Below are positions 1 to 9,346 of a stretch of DNA of 64,000 nt, piece after piece. This stretch comes from Planctomycetota bacterium. GTDB taxonomy: Bacteria; Planctomycetota; UBA8108; SXIK01. The DNA lies in assembly GCA_965223845.1 (NCBI GenBank), contig CBDCXR010000004.1:6880001-6944000 (forward strand). The letters run 5' to 3'. A program made the position numbers and the translations under genes. The notes beneath the pieces are model-generated. The model searched no databases, was not told the origin of the DNA, and saw only the letters and a list, made by a program, of their open reading frames with translations. Each line of letters opens with the position of its first letter. Within the stretch, counting starts at the first letter, position 1.

Positions 1-78
1 GGCGACGGGTGGTTCGCCGAGCGAAAGCGTTTCTTGCCGCCGCGGGGGGGAGTCGAGCGTTCGGGCGAGAACCGGCGA

Positions 79-1074
79 TCAGTTGCCGCGCCGGCGTTTC
101 ACGACCGCGTCGGTGATCACCGCCGAGAGAAGGACGATTCCGATGACGGCGTCCGTGTAGTGGGTCTCGAGCCCGATGAAGACGATCATCCGCTGCAGCA
201 CCTTGAGGATCGCCGCTCCGACGAGGATGCCGAGGATCGACCCCTGGCCGCCGCGGAGCGCGCAGCCGCCGAGAACGGCCGCGGTGATGCCGTGGAGTTC
301 GTACGCCATGCCGGCCGACGACGGCGCGACGCTCTGGATCGTGCTCGCCTGGAGGATCCCCGCGAGCCCGGCGAGAAATCCGGCGAGACCGAAGGTGAAC
401 GTCCGGAGCGTGTGAATGCGGACGCCGGAGAAGCGAGCGGCTTCGAGGTTGTATCCGATTGCATAGAGATAGCGACCGTGGACGGTGAAGTGCATGAAGA
501 ACAGGAGGGCGGCCACGACGAGGATGAGCGTCCACACCGGGACCGGCACCGAAAGAATCTGTCCGTTTCCGAGCCAGAAGAACGCCTCGGACTCGAGCTC
601 TCGATAGGACACCGTCCGATCACCGGTGATCCCCCGCGCGATGCTCCGAAAGATGAGGAGCGAGCACAGCGTGACCATGAAGGGCTGGAGATTGAGTCGG
701 CAGACGAGGATCCCGTGGACGCATCCGACCGCCGTCGTGAAGACCAGCGCTAGGGGGACGACGGCGAGGACGGACCATTCCGCGCCGAACTCGGGCGAGA
801 TGAGATAGATGCAGTTGAGCCCGACGAAACAGATCACCGAGCCGACGGAGAGATCGATGCCGCCCGCCACGATGACGATTCCCTGGCCGAGCGCGAACAG
901 CGCGAGAATCGCGATCTCGCGGCTGAGAGTCTGCAGACTGTAAGCACTCAGGATCTTTGGATTGTTGAAGTACGTGATCGCGAAGAGCGCGATGAGGAGG
1001 ACGGTCATCCCGATGACCTGAATGCTGACATCGGAGACCTGTCGCGGACCGACCTTCGCTTGCTGGGCACTCAT
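79..1074 (-). CDS. Sugar ABC transporter permease (RbsC/BPD_transp_2 family)
   Basis: Multi-TM protein with family motifs GGIDLSVGS, GRYLYAIGYNLEAARFSG and YELHGITAAVLGG; third gene after the binding protein and ATPase. Confidence 0.93.
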   Translation of the reverse strand: MSAQQAKVGPRQVSDVSIQVIGMTVLLIALFAITYFNNPKILSAYSLQTLSREIAILALFALGQGIVIVAGGIDLSVGSVICFVGLNCIYLISPEFGAEWSVLAVVPLALVFTTAVGCVHGILVCRLNLQPFMVTLCSLLIFRSIARGITGDRTVSYRELESEAFFWLGNGQILSVPVPVWTLILVVAALLFFMHFTVHGRYLYAIGYNLEAARFSGVRIHTLRTFTFGLAGFLAGLAGILQASTIQSVAPSSAGMAYELHGITAAVLGGCALRGGQGSILGILVGAAILKVLQRMIVFIGLETHYTDAVIGIVLLSAVITDAVVKRRRGN

Positions 1075-1084
1075 CGCACGATTC

Positions 1085-2662
1085 TCATTGTTCCGTCTCG
1101 CGCGCTTCGGTCCCGCCGACGGCGAGATGGAGCACGCTTTCTTCGGTGATCGCGTCGCCGGAGAGCTCTCCCGTGAGGCGTCCCTCGTGCATGACGATGA
1201 CGCGATCGCTCATCGCGATCAGCTCCTCCATCTCGGAGCTCACCATGAGGATGCTGAGCCCGCGTTCGGCGAGCTCGCTCATGAGGTGATAGATTTCTTC
1301 CTTTGCGCCGACGTCGACGCCGCGCGTCGGCTCGTCGAGGACGAGGACGCGCCCGCCGAGCGAAAGCCATTTTCCGAGGACGACCTTCTGCTGGTTGCCG
1401 CCGCTCAGGTTTTTCGCGTCGACCTCGATCGACGGTGTTCGGATCCGGAGCTGAGTTTTCTGCTCCTCGGCGACGTCGAGCTCGCGCTTTCGGTCGAGTA
1501 GGCCCCAGCGCCGGTATCCCGAAAGCCCCGCCATCGAAATGTTCTCTCGCACGGACATCTCGAGCACGAGTCCCTGCGTCTTTCGGTCTTCGGGGACGAG
1601 GAGGAATCCGGCGGCGACGGCGTCGCGCGGCGAGTGAATCGAGACGGGTTCGCCGTCGATCTTCATCTCCCCGCTCTCGATCGGATCGATGCCGAAGAGC
1701 GCGCGCATGAGCTCGGTTCGTCCCGCGCCGACGAGTCCGGCGACACCGAGGATCTCGCCCTGATGGAGCTCGAACGAAACCGGCGCCGATGCCCCGGGGA
1801 GAACGATGTCGTCGACTTCGAGCACGACGGGCTGCGCGCTCGCCGCTTGATTGCGCTCGTGCGAGAAGAACTTCGAAACGTCGCGGCCGACCATCAGCCG
1901 CACCATGTTGTCATGCGTGATCGCGTCCCCGTCGAGAAAGCCGGCCATCTCGCCGTCGCGGAGAACCTGCACCCGCCGCGCGAGGCGCGCGATCTCCCCC
2001 AGCCGATGCGAGATGTAGATCACCGCGATACCGCGAGCGCGAAGCTCTTCGATCCGCTCGAAGAGAATCTCGGCCTCCTTCGTCGAGAGTGAGCTCGTCG
2101 GCTCGTCGAAGATGAGGAGCTGCGCGTTCTGCGAGAGTGCCTTCGCGATCTCGACGAGCTGCTTCTGTCCCGGGCTCAGATCGCCGAGGAGCGTTCGCGG
2201 GGCGATGTCGAGGCCGATCTGATCGAGCGCTTCCGACGCGCCGGAATAGAGCTTCCGCCGCGAGCGCACGCCGAGCGTGACATCTCCGAAGAGAGCCTGT
2301 CGCGGCTGCCGGCCGAGAAAGATGTTCTCGGCGAGCGACAGATTGTCCGCGAGATTCAGCTCTTGATGGATGATCGCGATGCCCGCGCGGAGCGACTCCG
2401 TCACGGACGGGAAGACGACGGTCTCTCCGCCGACGCGAATCTCGCCCGCCTCCGGCTGATAGATCCCGCCGACGATCTTCATCAGCGTGCTTTTTCCCGC
2501 GCCGTTCTCGCCGATGAGTGCGAGGACTTCGCCCGGGCTCGCGGCGAGATCGACATCCCGGAGAGCTTGCACTCCGGGAAACGCCTTCGAGATGCCGCGC
2601 ACCTCGAGAAACGGATCACCCGAAGTCGCCGGAGCTGGAGGAGGAGACGAATCCGCGCTCAT
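1085..2662 (-). CDS. Sugar ABC transporter ATP-binding protein (RbsA/MglA type, two NBDs)
   Basis: Walker A GENGAGKST, FDEPTSSL, second NBD with GLVGAGRTE, LSGGNQQK and LDEPTRGVDVGAK. Confidence 0.95.
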   Translation of the reverse strand: MSADSSPPPAPATSGDPFLEVRGISKAFPGVQALRDVDLAASPGEVLALIGENGAGKSTLMKIVGGIYQPEAGEIRVGGETVVFPSVTESLRAGIAIIHQELNLADNLSLAENIFLGRQPRQALFGDVTLGVRSRRKLYSGASEALDQIGLDIAPRTLLGDLSPGQKQLVEIAKALSQNAQLLIFDEPTSSLSTKEAEILFERIEELRARGIAVIYISHRLGEIARLARRVQVLRDGEMAGFLDGDAITHDNMVRLMVGRDVSKFFSHERNQAASAQPVVLEVDDIVLPGASAPVSFELHQGEILGVAGLVGAGRTELMRALFGIDPIESGEMKIDGEPVSIHSPRDAVAAGFLLVPEDRKTQGLVLEMSVRENISMAGLSGYRRWGLLDRKRELDVAEEQKTQLRIRTPSIEVDAKNLSGGNQQKVVLGKWLSLGGRVLVLDEPTRGVDVGAKEEIYHLMSELAERGLSILMVSSEMEELIAMSDRVIVMHEGRLTGELSGDAITEESVLHLAVGGTEARETEQ

Positions 2663-2705
2663 TCCGTCGGATCACCCCGTCAGACGGAAGAATCGCCGCG
2701 GGTGA

Positions 2706-3662
2706 TCACTGACCTTCCTTGAGGAGTCCGGTCAGCTTCGTCTTGAACGCCGCGACGTTGCTCGGGTCGATGACCTCGACGGGGACGTAGTGAAGCTTGT
2801 TCGCCGGGAGCCCCGGATCTTCGCCGCGCGAAAGCATCGCGAGCGCGCGGATCGACTGGAAGCCGAACTCGTACGGCTGCTGAACGACGGTCGACTGCAC
2901 GTGGCCCTTTTCGATGCCGTCGAGCGTCGGCATCTCCTCGTCGAACCCGATGATCTTGATCTTGCCGAGCAAGCCCTTCTCGTCGAGTACCTTCAGAATC
3001 GCCGGCGGATTGTACGACCAGAGACCCACGAGACACTTGAGGTCCGGATACTTGTCGAGAGCGTTCCGAACATTGTCCTGCGCGCGAGCGCGATCCGTCT
3101 CATCGGTGAACGTCTCGACGATTTCGATGCCCTTCGGCTCGACGATCTCCGCGACGCCCTGCCTTCGCTCGCGCGCGTTCGCGACGTCGAGCTTGCCGAC
3201 GAAAACGGCGATCTTGCCGCCCTCCGGGATCGCCTTCAGCACTTCGCGTCCGGCGACGCGGCCCGCTTCGACGTTGTCGGTGCCGATGTAGGCGATGCGA
3301 TTCGATTCTGGGCAGTCGGAGTCCTGCGTGATCACCGGCATGTGCTTCGCAGCTTCGTTGAGGATGCCGATCGCGCCCTTCGGATCGAGGACACTCACGG
3401 CCATTCCCTTCACTCCCTTCGAGATCAAGGTCTCGATGATCTGACGCTGCCGCGCGGCCGTGCCGTCCGGGGTTTCGAACGCGACCTCGACGTCGAATGC
3501 CTTCTCGGCTTTCCGCACTCCGGCGCGCGCGAGGGTCCAAAAATCGCTCGACGTATTGATGACGAAGGCGAGCTGCGTCTTCGCGGTCTCGTTGCGACAG
3601 CCGGCGGTCGAGAGGATGAGAGCGCCGAAGAACACAAACAGAATGCGGGCGAGTAACTTCAT
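2706..3662 (-). CDS. Sugar ABC transporter substrate-binding lipoprotein (Peripla_BP_4 type)
   Basis: Start reassigned to MKLLARIL (ATG 3662); lipobox-like STAGC; motifs YIGTDN..AG, IIGFD, VVQQPYEFG. Confidence 0.9.
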   Translation of the reverse strand: MKLLARILFVFFGALILSTAGCRNETAKTQLAFVINTSSDFWTLARAGVRKAEKAFDVEVAFETPDGTAARQRQIIETLISKGVKGMAVSVLDPKGAIGILNEAAKHMPVITQDSDCPESNRIAYIGTDNVEAGRVAGREVLKAIPEGGKIAVFVGKLDVANARERRQGVAEIVEPKGIEIVETFTDETDRARAQDNVRNALDKYPDLKCLVGLWSYNPPAILKVLDEKGLLGKIKIIGFDEEMPTLDGIEKGHVQSTVVQQPYEFGFQSIRALAMLSRGEDPGLPANKLHYVPVEVIDPSNVAAFKTKLTGLLKEGQ

Positions 3663-3876
3663 GCTCGATCCCTTGATGGTGCGAGTTGGGGCGAGCCGGA
3701 GGCGAACGTCGCGCGCGCTTGGCGCGCGAAGCGGATGGAGCGGAGCACCCGGAGTGCTCCGTCTCGAACCCCGGTCGACGGAGACGGTGAAGCGGGAAAT
3801 GGTAGCCCGCCCACCCGTCACCCATCAAGGGGAGCGGCGGTGCCGCCGACCGCGCGGAGGGCTCCGGTAATCCGGG

Positions 3877-4815
3877 CTACGCGGGTTCGCTCACCGCCTC
3901 GCGGCATTCCGCCCGCTGGCCGGGCGAGGGGTCGTCGGAGGAGGCCGGTTCGCTCGGCGATTCTTCGTCCGCGTTCTCGCGCGCGTCTGCGGGCGCCGGT
4001 GGGTTCGCGCTGGGCGAGCCAACCCCGTCGCGGCGTTCGTTCTCCGCGACGCCTTCGCGGAGGATCGCGTCGATCGGCTTCGCCGGACGGTAGAAGAGTC
4101 CGTAGCGAAGGACGCAGCGGAACGCGGAGACCGCGTCGCGCCAGCCGATCTTCTTTCCTTCGCCGTAGCTGCGGCCGTCGTAGGCGATTCCGACTTCGTA
4201 GATCCGGCAGCCGAGGCGAGCGATCTTGGCTGTGATCTCGGGCTCGAACCCGAAGCGGTTTTCTCGGATCTCGATCGCGCGGACGACCTCGGTGCGGAAT
4301 ACCTTGTAGCAGGTCTCCATGTCGGTGAGGTTCAGGTTCGTAAACATGTTCGAGATCAGAGTCAGGGTCCGGTTCGCAACCGCATGCCAGAAGAAGAGGA
4401 CCCGGTGTGCCGAGCCGGTGAGGAACCGCGAACCGTAGACGACGTCGGCCTTTCCCTCGAAGAAGGGGAGGAGGAGCTTCGAGTACTCCGAAGGGTCGTA
4501 TTCGAGGTCGGCGTCCTGGATCAGCGTGAGATCGCCGGTCACCTCCCGGAATCCCGATCGCAGCGCCGCCCCCTTGCCTTGGTTCTTCTCGTGCAGGACG
4601 AGGCGCTGGATCGCGCCTTCGGAGTGAAGCGACTGCAGCTTCTCGCGCGTGCCGTCGGTCGAGAAGTCGTCGACCGCGACGATCTCGGTCTCGTACGGAA
4701 CCGCACGCACTCGTGAGACGATCTCCTCGATCGTCGAGCGCTCGTTGTAAACGGGAATCACGACCGACAGTCGAAGCTTCTCGGGACGGATCGGGGTGCG
4801 GTGGGGGTTCGACAT
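3877..4815 (-). CDS. Glycosyltransferase family 2 (DPM1/polyprenol-phosphate glycosyltransferase-like)
   Basis: Start MSNPHRT (ATG 4815); SVVIPVYNE, VDDFSTDGT, NQGKGAA, QDADLEY, VYGSRF, LTDMETCYK, FGFEPEIT. Confidence 0.92.
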   Translation of the reverse strand: MSNPHRTPIRPEKLRLSVVIPVYNERSTIEEIVSRVRAVPYETEIVAVDDFSTDGTREKLQSLHSEGAIQRLVLHEKNQGKGAALRSGFREVTGDLTLIQDADLEYDPSEYSKLLLPFFEGKADVVYGSRFLTGSAHRVLFFWHAVANRTLTLISNMFTNLNLTDMETCYKVFRTEVVRAIEIRENRFGFEPEITAKIARLGCRIYEVGIAYDGRSYGEGKKIGWRDAVSAFRCVLRYGLFYRPAKPIDAILREGVAENERRDGVGSPSANPPAPADARENADEESPSEPASSDDPSPGQRAECREAVSEPA

Positions 4816-4968
4816 CGGGTTCGACTCTTGAGCAGGCGAGAGAGACCGCCCGGACGGACGGGCGCCGAGCGGACGTCGCGGCGCGGGTAACGTGGTTATC
4901 GCCCGCGGCTGTGTCCGATCTGAACCGCGTTCCGGGATGCTGAGAGACTCGCTGCTACAATACCGGCC

Positions 4969-5967
4969 ATGAAAGAGACTGAGTACCGCGACTTGCTCGG
5001 CGACCTCGGCCGAATGCTTCGCGCCGGCCTGCCGATTCGGGAGTCGCTCGCGAGTCTCGGAGACGCGCGCCGTCCGGAGCAGCCGGTGGGGGTCGTCCGG
5101 CGCCGTCTCGCCGCTCGCGACGTCGTCGCGGGACTTCGCGCGCGAATCGAGGACGGTGCGACGCTCGCCGAAGCCGCCGCCGACTTTCCCCACGATATTC
5201 CGCGGACGGACGCTGCGCTCATCCGCGCGGGCGAGGAAGGAGGAACGCTTCCCGCGACGCTCGAGTCGATCGCAGACGCGATCGATCATCGCCGCGCGCT
5301 CCGCGAAGCGCACGGCGGCGAGATCAAGTGGAGCCTCGTCACTCTCTACGCGGCGATCGTGCTCCTTCCCCTCGCGAGTGTTGCGAGCGACGGTTGGCTC
5401 AGTTATCTCGCCATCGAGATCCCGCTCCTCGCGGCGGTCGGGCTCGTCATTCTGGTGATCCGTGTCGGCCCAAAGCTCGCGCCCGAGTCCTCGTCGTTCC
5501 GCGAATCCGCCGAGAAGTGGTATCTGCGGATTCCGGTGTGGGGACGGCTCGCCGCCAAGCTCGAGCTCGCGCGACTCTTCGACGCGCTCGGACGGCTTCT
5601 CGCCGCCGGCGTTCCGCTCTCGGGCGGAGTGCCGCTCGCCGCCGAGACCGTGCGCTGGCTCCGGCTCCGGCGCCGGATCCTCGCCGTGAGTGGAGAGCTC
5701 GAAGCGGGGAGCTCGGTCGCCGACGCGCTGCGTCCCTTGGACGCCGAGCTTTCGGGGGGGAGCTGGCGCGCTCGGATCGCGGCCGGGGAGGCGGCGGGGA
5801 AACTCGACGCGGCGTTTGTCGACGTCGCTCGCGGGTGGGAAGAGGACTACCGGCGCGGGATGCGCCGCGTCATGAGATGGATCCCCATCGTCATGACGCT
5901 GGTTGTCGGCGCTTTCGTCTTGTGGTTTGCTCTCGGCTTGGTCGAGCGGCTCACGAGTCTGCTGTGA
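4969..5967 (+). CDS. Type II secretion system F / PilC family inner-membrane platform protein
   Basis: Two T2SSF-like repeats (MLRAGLPI...AGEEGGTL; LLAAGVPL...AGEAAGKL) with TM segments. Confidence 0.8.
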   Translation: MKETEYRDLLGDLGRMLRAGLPIRESLASLGDARRPEQPVGVVRRRLAARDVVAGLRARIEDGATLAEAAADFPHDIPRTDAALIRAGEEGGTLPATLESIADAIDHRRALREAHGGEIKWSLVTLYAAIVLLPLASVASDGWLSYLAIEIPLLAAVGLVILVIRVGPKLAPESSSFRESAEKWYLRIPVWGRLAAKLELARLFDALGRLLAAGVPLSGGVPLAAETVRWLRLRRRILAVSGELEAGSSVADALRPLDAELSGGSWRARIAAGEAAGKLDAAFVDVARGWEEDYRRGMRRVMRWIPIVMTLVVGAFVLWFALGLVERLTSLL

Positions 5968-6082
5968 GCGAGAGTTGATTTCGGTCGAAGGAATCCGGTG
6001 CCGCAGGATGGCGCAGCGATCGTCGGAGCATCGGTCTCGATCGAGCGAAGCTGCCGCGAACGGACGAGCGAGAGTTGCCGCG

Positions 6083-7114
6083 ATGGTACGTTCGCTCGCG
6101 CTCGCGCTCGCGCTCGCGCTCGCGGTCGCCGGATCGGCGTGCTACGAGATCCCTCCGGATCTTGCGATGATCGAGAGCGAGCGTCCCCCGACCCCTCCGC
6201 GCGCCTACGATCCCGCGGCGTTCGCGCCGGAGAACCTCTGGTTCACCCGGGCGTGGCTCGGAGAGCGACCGGCGGACGGACAGCTCTCCGAACCGGCGCC
6301 GCCGGGAGGAAGATTCACGATCGATGACTACGGTGAGGTCGATCGTGCGGAGATGATCGCGTTTCTCGATGCCGCGTGCGCGCGCGCGGCCGACGAGACG
6401 AGCGAGGCCGACTCGCTCGGTCGCGCGATGTTCCACGCGGACGTCGTCAGCCTCTTGGCGGCGCGCGGCGAGACGTCTTCGCCCGCGTCGGTCTCCGAGC
6501 GGGCCACGCGGGAAGCGTTCGGTGCGGCACTCACCGAGGCCGCGCGAGCGACCGCGCCTCATTCGTCCGTGCTCGACTCGGAGCGCGCCTTGTTGCCGCC
6601 GCCTCTCCGCGAGAGCGGGTGGCGCGCGACGGAACGAGATCTCCCCCGAGGCCTCCTCCCGAGCGGCTTCGACTTCCGCTGGACGGAGACGCTCGAGCGA
6701 TCGACGGAGAAGGCGGTCGAGAGCGCGCTCGTTCGCTATCGCATCGCGTGGCGGGGCGAAATTGTCGCGACGAGACTCCCTTCGGAGTGCTGGGTGCTCC
6801 GGCGGGTGAACGGCGGCGTCGAGCCGTCGGTCTGGCGCGTCGATCGGGCGCGACTCGCTCGGGGCGAAGACCCTTGGGTCGAGTGGGATGCGGACGCAAC
6901 GATCGAGATTCGGAATCCGTCATCCCCCGAGCTCTGGGTGAAGGGGCCGATGGCCGCGGTGTGCACTCAGTGCCACGACGGGGCGACGCCGGAGCTCGGT
7001 CGTCCCGACGCGCGTGAGGACGCGCGGCTCGCGGCGCAAGTCGCGCGCGCGAGAGAGATCATCGCGAAGCTCGGAGAGCGGCCGGCGGTCGCCCCGGAAA
7101 CGGACGCGCCATGA
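6083..7114 (+). CDS. Hypothetical lipoprotein with a single C-terminal CXXCH (possible c-type cytochrome)
   Basis: MVRSLALALALALAVAGSAC lipoprotein signal; CTQCH near the C-terminus; alternative start at 6008; stop overlaps the next ATG (ATGA). Confidence 0.6.
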   Translation: MVRSLALALALALAVAGSACYEIPPDLAMIESERPPTPPRAYDPAAFAPENLWFTRAWLGERPADGQLSEPAPPGGRFTIDDYGEVDRAEMIAFLDAACARAADETSEADSLGRAMFHADVVSLLAARGETSSPASVSERATREAFGAALTEAARATAPHSSVLDSERALLPPPLRESGWRATERDLPRGLLPSGFDFRWTETLERSTEKAVESALVRYRIAWRGEIVATRLPSECWVLRRVNGGVEPSVWRVDRARLARGEDPWVEWDADATIEIRNPSSPELWVKGPMAAVCTQCHDGATPELGRPDAREDARLAAQVARAREIIAKLGERPAVAPETDAP

Positions 7115-8649
7115 TTCGACGTGCGGCGCTCGTCGTGCCGCTTCGCGAGCGCGACGGCGAGCGAGAGTGCTTCCTGGTTGCGCGCTCGCCCGAGCTGAAG
7201 TTCTTCGGCGGCTACGACTCGTTCCCGGGCGGCTGTGTCGAGGACGGCGACGGCGAGTTCGAAGCGCCGGCGAGGTCCGGCGTCGATCCGTCCGTCGACG
7301 AGAGCGATGGGTCGGATTCGGAACTGTCCGCAGTGCTCGGCTGTGCCGTTCGCGAACTCTTCGAGGAGACGGGCGTCTTACTCGCCGAAGGGGAACTCTC
7401 TCCGCGAGAGCGAGACGAGATGCGCTCGCGGCTGTCGTCGGGCGAAGCGGACGCGAGCGCGTTCGCGCGGTTTCTCGCCGAGCGTCGCCTCCGCGCGGAG
7501 AGCGATCGACTGCACCTGCTGACTCGACTCCTCACGCCGGCGTTCGTCCACGTGCGTTACGACGCGACGTTCTTTCTTCTCGAAATGACGGACTCTGACG
7601 CCGAGCCGGTGATTCATCCGGGGGAGCTGGTCGGCGGGAGCTGGATTCGTCCGGCGGACGCACTCGCCGAGTGGCGCCGCGGTGAGCGTCGGATCGCCCC
7701 GACGGCACTCGCCGTTCTCGAAGCGTTCGCGCAGTCCTCCGTCGACGACGCCCGCCGCGTCCTCGGCGAGATCCCGCGCGAGTACTCGGGCTCCGGCTTC
7801 GGGATCCAGTTCGCACCCGGCTACGCCCTCCTTCCACTCCACGCGCCGCCGCTACCCCCGTCGATTCCCACGAACGCGTTTCTCCTCGGGTGGGAGCGAA
7901 AGATCCTCGTCGATCCCGGATACAAGAACGAGCGCGAGGTGCGTCACCTGATCGATGCGACGCGGCGGGCGCTCGACGGCCGATCGCTCGATGCGATCGT
8001 TCTCACGCACCATCACATCGATCACGTCGCCGCTCTCGACGCCGTGGTCGAAGAGTTTCGGGCGCCGGTGTGGGCGCACTCGATCACGGGAGAGCTTCTC
8101 GAGCGCTCGCTCGACCGTGAGCTCGCGGAGGGAGACGAGATCGAGCTCGGCGCATCGGCCGACGGGCGGCCGGACTGGCGCCTCGAGGTCTGCTTCACGC
8201 CCGGGCACGCGCGCGGCCACATCACTCTTTACGACTCGCGCTTCCGGCGCCTCCTCGCCGGGGACCTCGTCTCGACGCTCGTCAGCATGTACGTCGGGGC
8301 TCCGGGGGGCGACCTTCACGACTACTTCGAATCGCTCGAGCGGATGCTCGAGCTCGACATCGCGACCCTGTTTCCGTCCCACGGGGCCCCGACCGATGAC
8401 GCCGAGCGCACTCTCCGCGGCGCGCTCGAACGGCGGCGAGCTCGAGTGGAGGAGACGGCGGCGTTTCTCACATCGTCGCCGCAGTCCGTCCAGGACCTCG
8501 CCCTGCTGGTCTACCCGAAGATCGATCGCGAGATGCGACCGCTCATCGAGCGTACGACGCGCGCCGTCCTCCTCTACCTCGCGCGCGAGGGGCGCGCGAT
8601 CGAGTCGGCCGAGGATCGGTTTACGGCGGCAACTCGAACGTCGCACTAG
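7111..8649 (+). CDS. NUDIX hydrolase-metallo-beta-lactamase (LACTB2-like) fusion with C-terminal winged-helix-like segment
   Basis: Split NUDIX box FPGG...AVRELFEETG; MBL motifs THHHIDH, TPGHARGH, LAGD, PSHG. Confidence 0.88.
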   Translation: MIRRAALVVPLRERDGERECFLVARSPELKFFGGYDSFPGGCVEDGDGEFEAPARSGVDPSVDESDGSDSELSAVLGCAVRELFEETGVLLAEGELSPRERDEMRSRLSSGEADASAFARFLAERRLRAESDRLHLLTRLLTPAFVHVRYDATFFLLEMTDSDAEPVIHPGELVGGSWIRPADALAEWRRGERRIAPTALAVLEAFAQSSVDDARRVLGEIPREYSGSGFGIQFAPGYALLPLHAPPLPPSIPTNAFLLGWERKILVDPGYKNEREVRHLIDATRRALDGRSLDAIVLTHHHIDHVAALDAVVEEFRAPVWAHSITGELLERSLDRELAEGDEIELGASADGRPDWRLEVCFTPGHARGHITLYDSRFRRLLAGDLVSTLVSMYVGAPGGDLHDYFESLERMLELDIATLFPSHGAPTDDAERTLRGALERRRARVEETAAFLTSSPQSVQDLALLVYPKIDREMRPLIERTTRAVLLYLAREGRAIESAEDRFTAATRTSH

Positions 8650-8875
8650 TGAGGCTCGCCGAGGACCGAGCCTTCTCCGGATCTCCGCGCTCGGCATCGA
8701 AGCGAGCGGAGCTCGTGCTCGCCGTGACCGGCGGATCGAGCGCTGCGCTCATGTTCGCCGAGCGCTCCGCGTAGAGACGCGCCCAGTGGAGCGCGGAGAT
8801 CGCGAGAGCGCTGAGGACGAAGGTGAGCGCGATGGCCATGCTGGCAAATCGTGCTAGGCGTCGTAGCGATTTCAT
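8621..8875 (-). CDS. Possible small membrane protein
   Basis: MKSLRRLARFASMAIALTFVLSALAISALHW gives a basic N-terminus plus one hydrophobic helix; 3' end overlaps the convergent NUDIX-MBL gene. Confidence 0.3.
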   Translation of the reverse strand: MKSLRRLARFASMAIALTFVLSALAISALHWARLYAERSANMSAALDPPVTASTSSARFDAERGDPEKARSSASLTSATFELPP

Positions 8876-9346
8876 CTCGAGGCTCTTTCCGGCTGACGGA
8901 CCTCCGATTCCGAGGCCGCGGCGTCGCCGACCGAACGTGGGGCGAAGATCAGCCCGCCCTCGGCACCGGGACTCAACGAGACGAGTCGGGGAGCGCGTTG
9001 TTACAGAGAATCGCGCCCACCGGCGCGCCAGCGGGAATGGGCGTTGGCATTCGCAGTCCGCTCGGCTTCGATGAGTGAGCACGCGAAGACGATCGCTGCT
9101 GCGGAGGGAGCGCCTCGGCTGCTACAATTTCGGGTGGGGATCGCTGACAGGGACCCTCCGGCTCCGACCACATTCACCCCGCTCGTTCGTCCCCGACGGG
9201 GGCGGTTTTCTGCGCGAGGGGTTCTCGCCCGATGGGGACGGATGCCGTGACCTCGACTGCGAACTGCGCAGCTCCGCGTTCTCCGCTCGCGATGACCTCC
9301 CTCGATCCCTCCAAGCTGCGACTCACCGTTGGATCGCGAAACATCG

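Noticed and set aside
4969-5967. Complete type II secretion or type IV pilus locus
   Set aside because: Only the F-family gene is present; no ATPase, secretin or pilins nearby.
6092-6125. (GCGCTC)n tandem repeat as a phase-variable tract
   Set aside because: The hexamer unit keeps the frame and simply encodes the Leu-Ala signal-peptide core.
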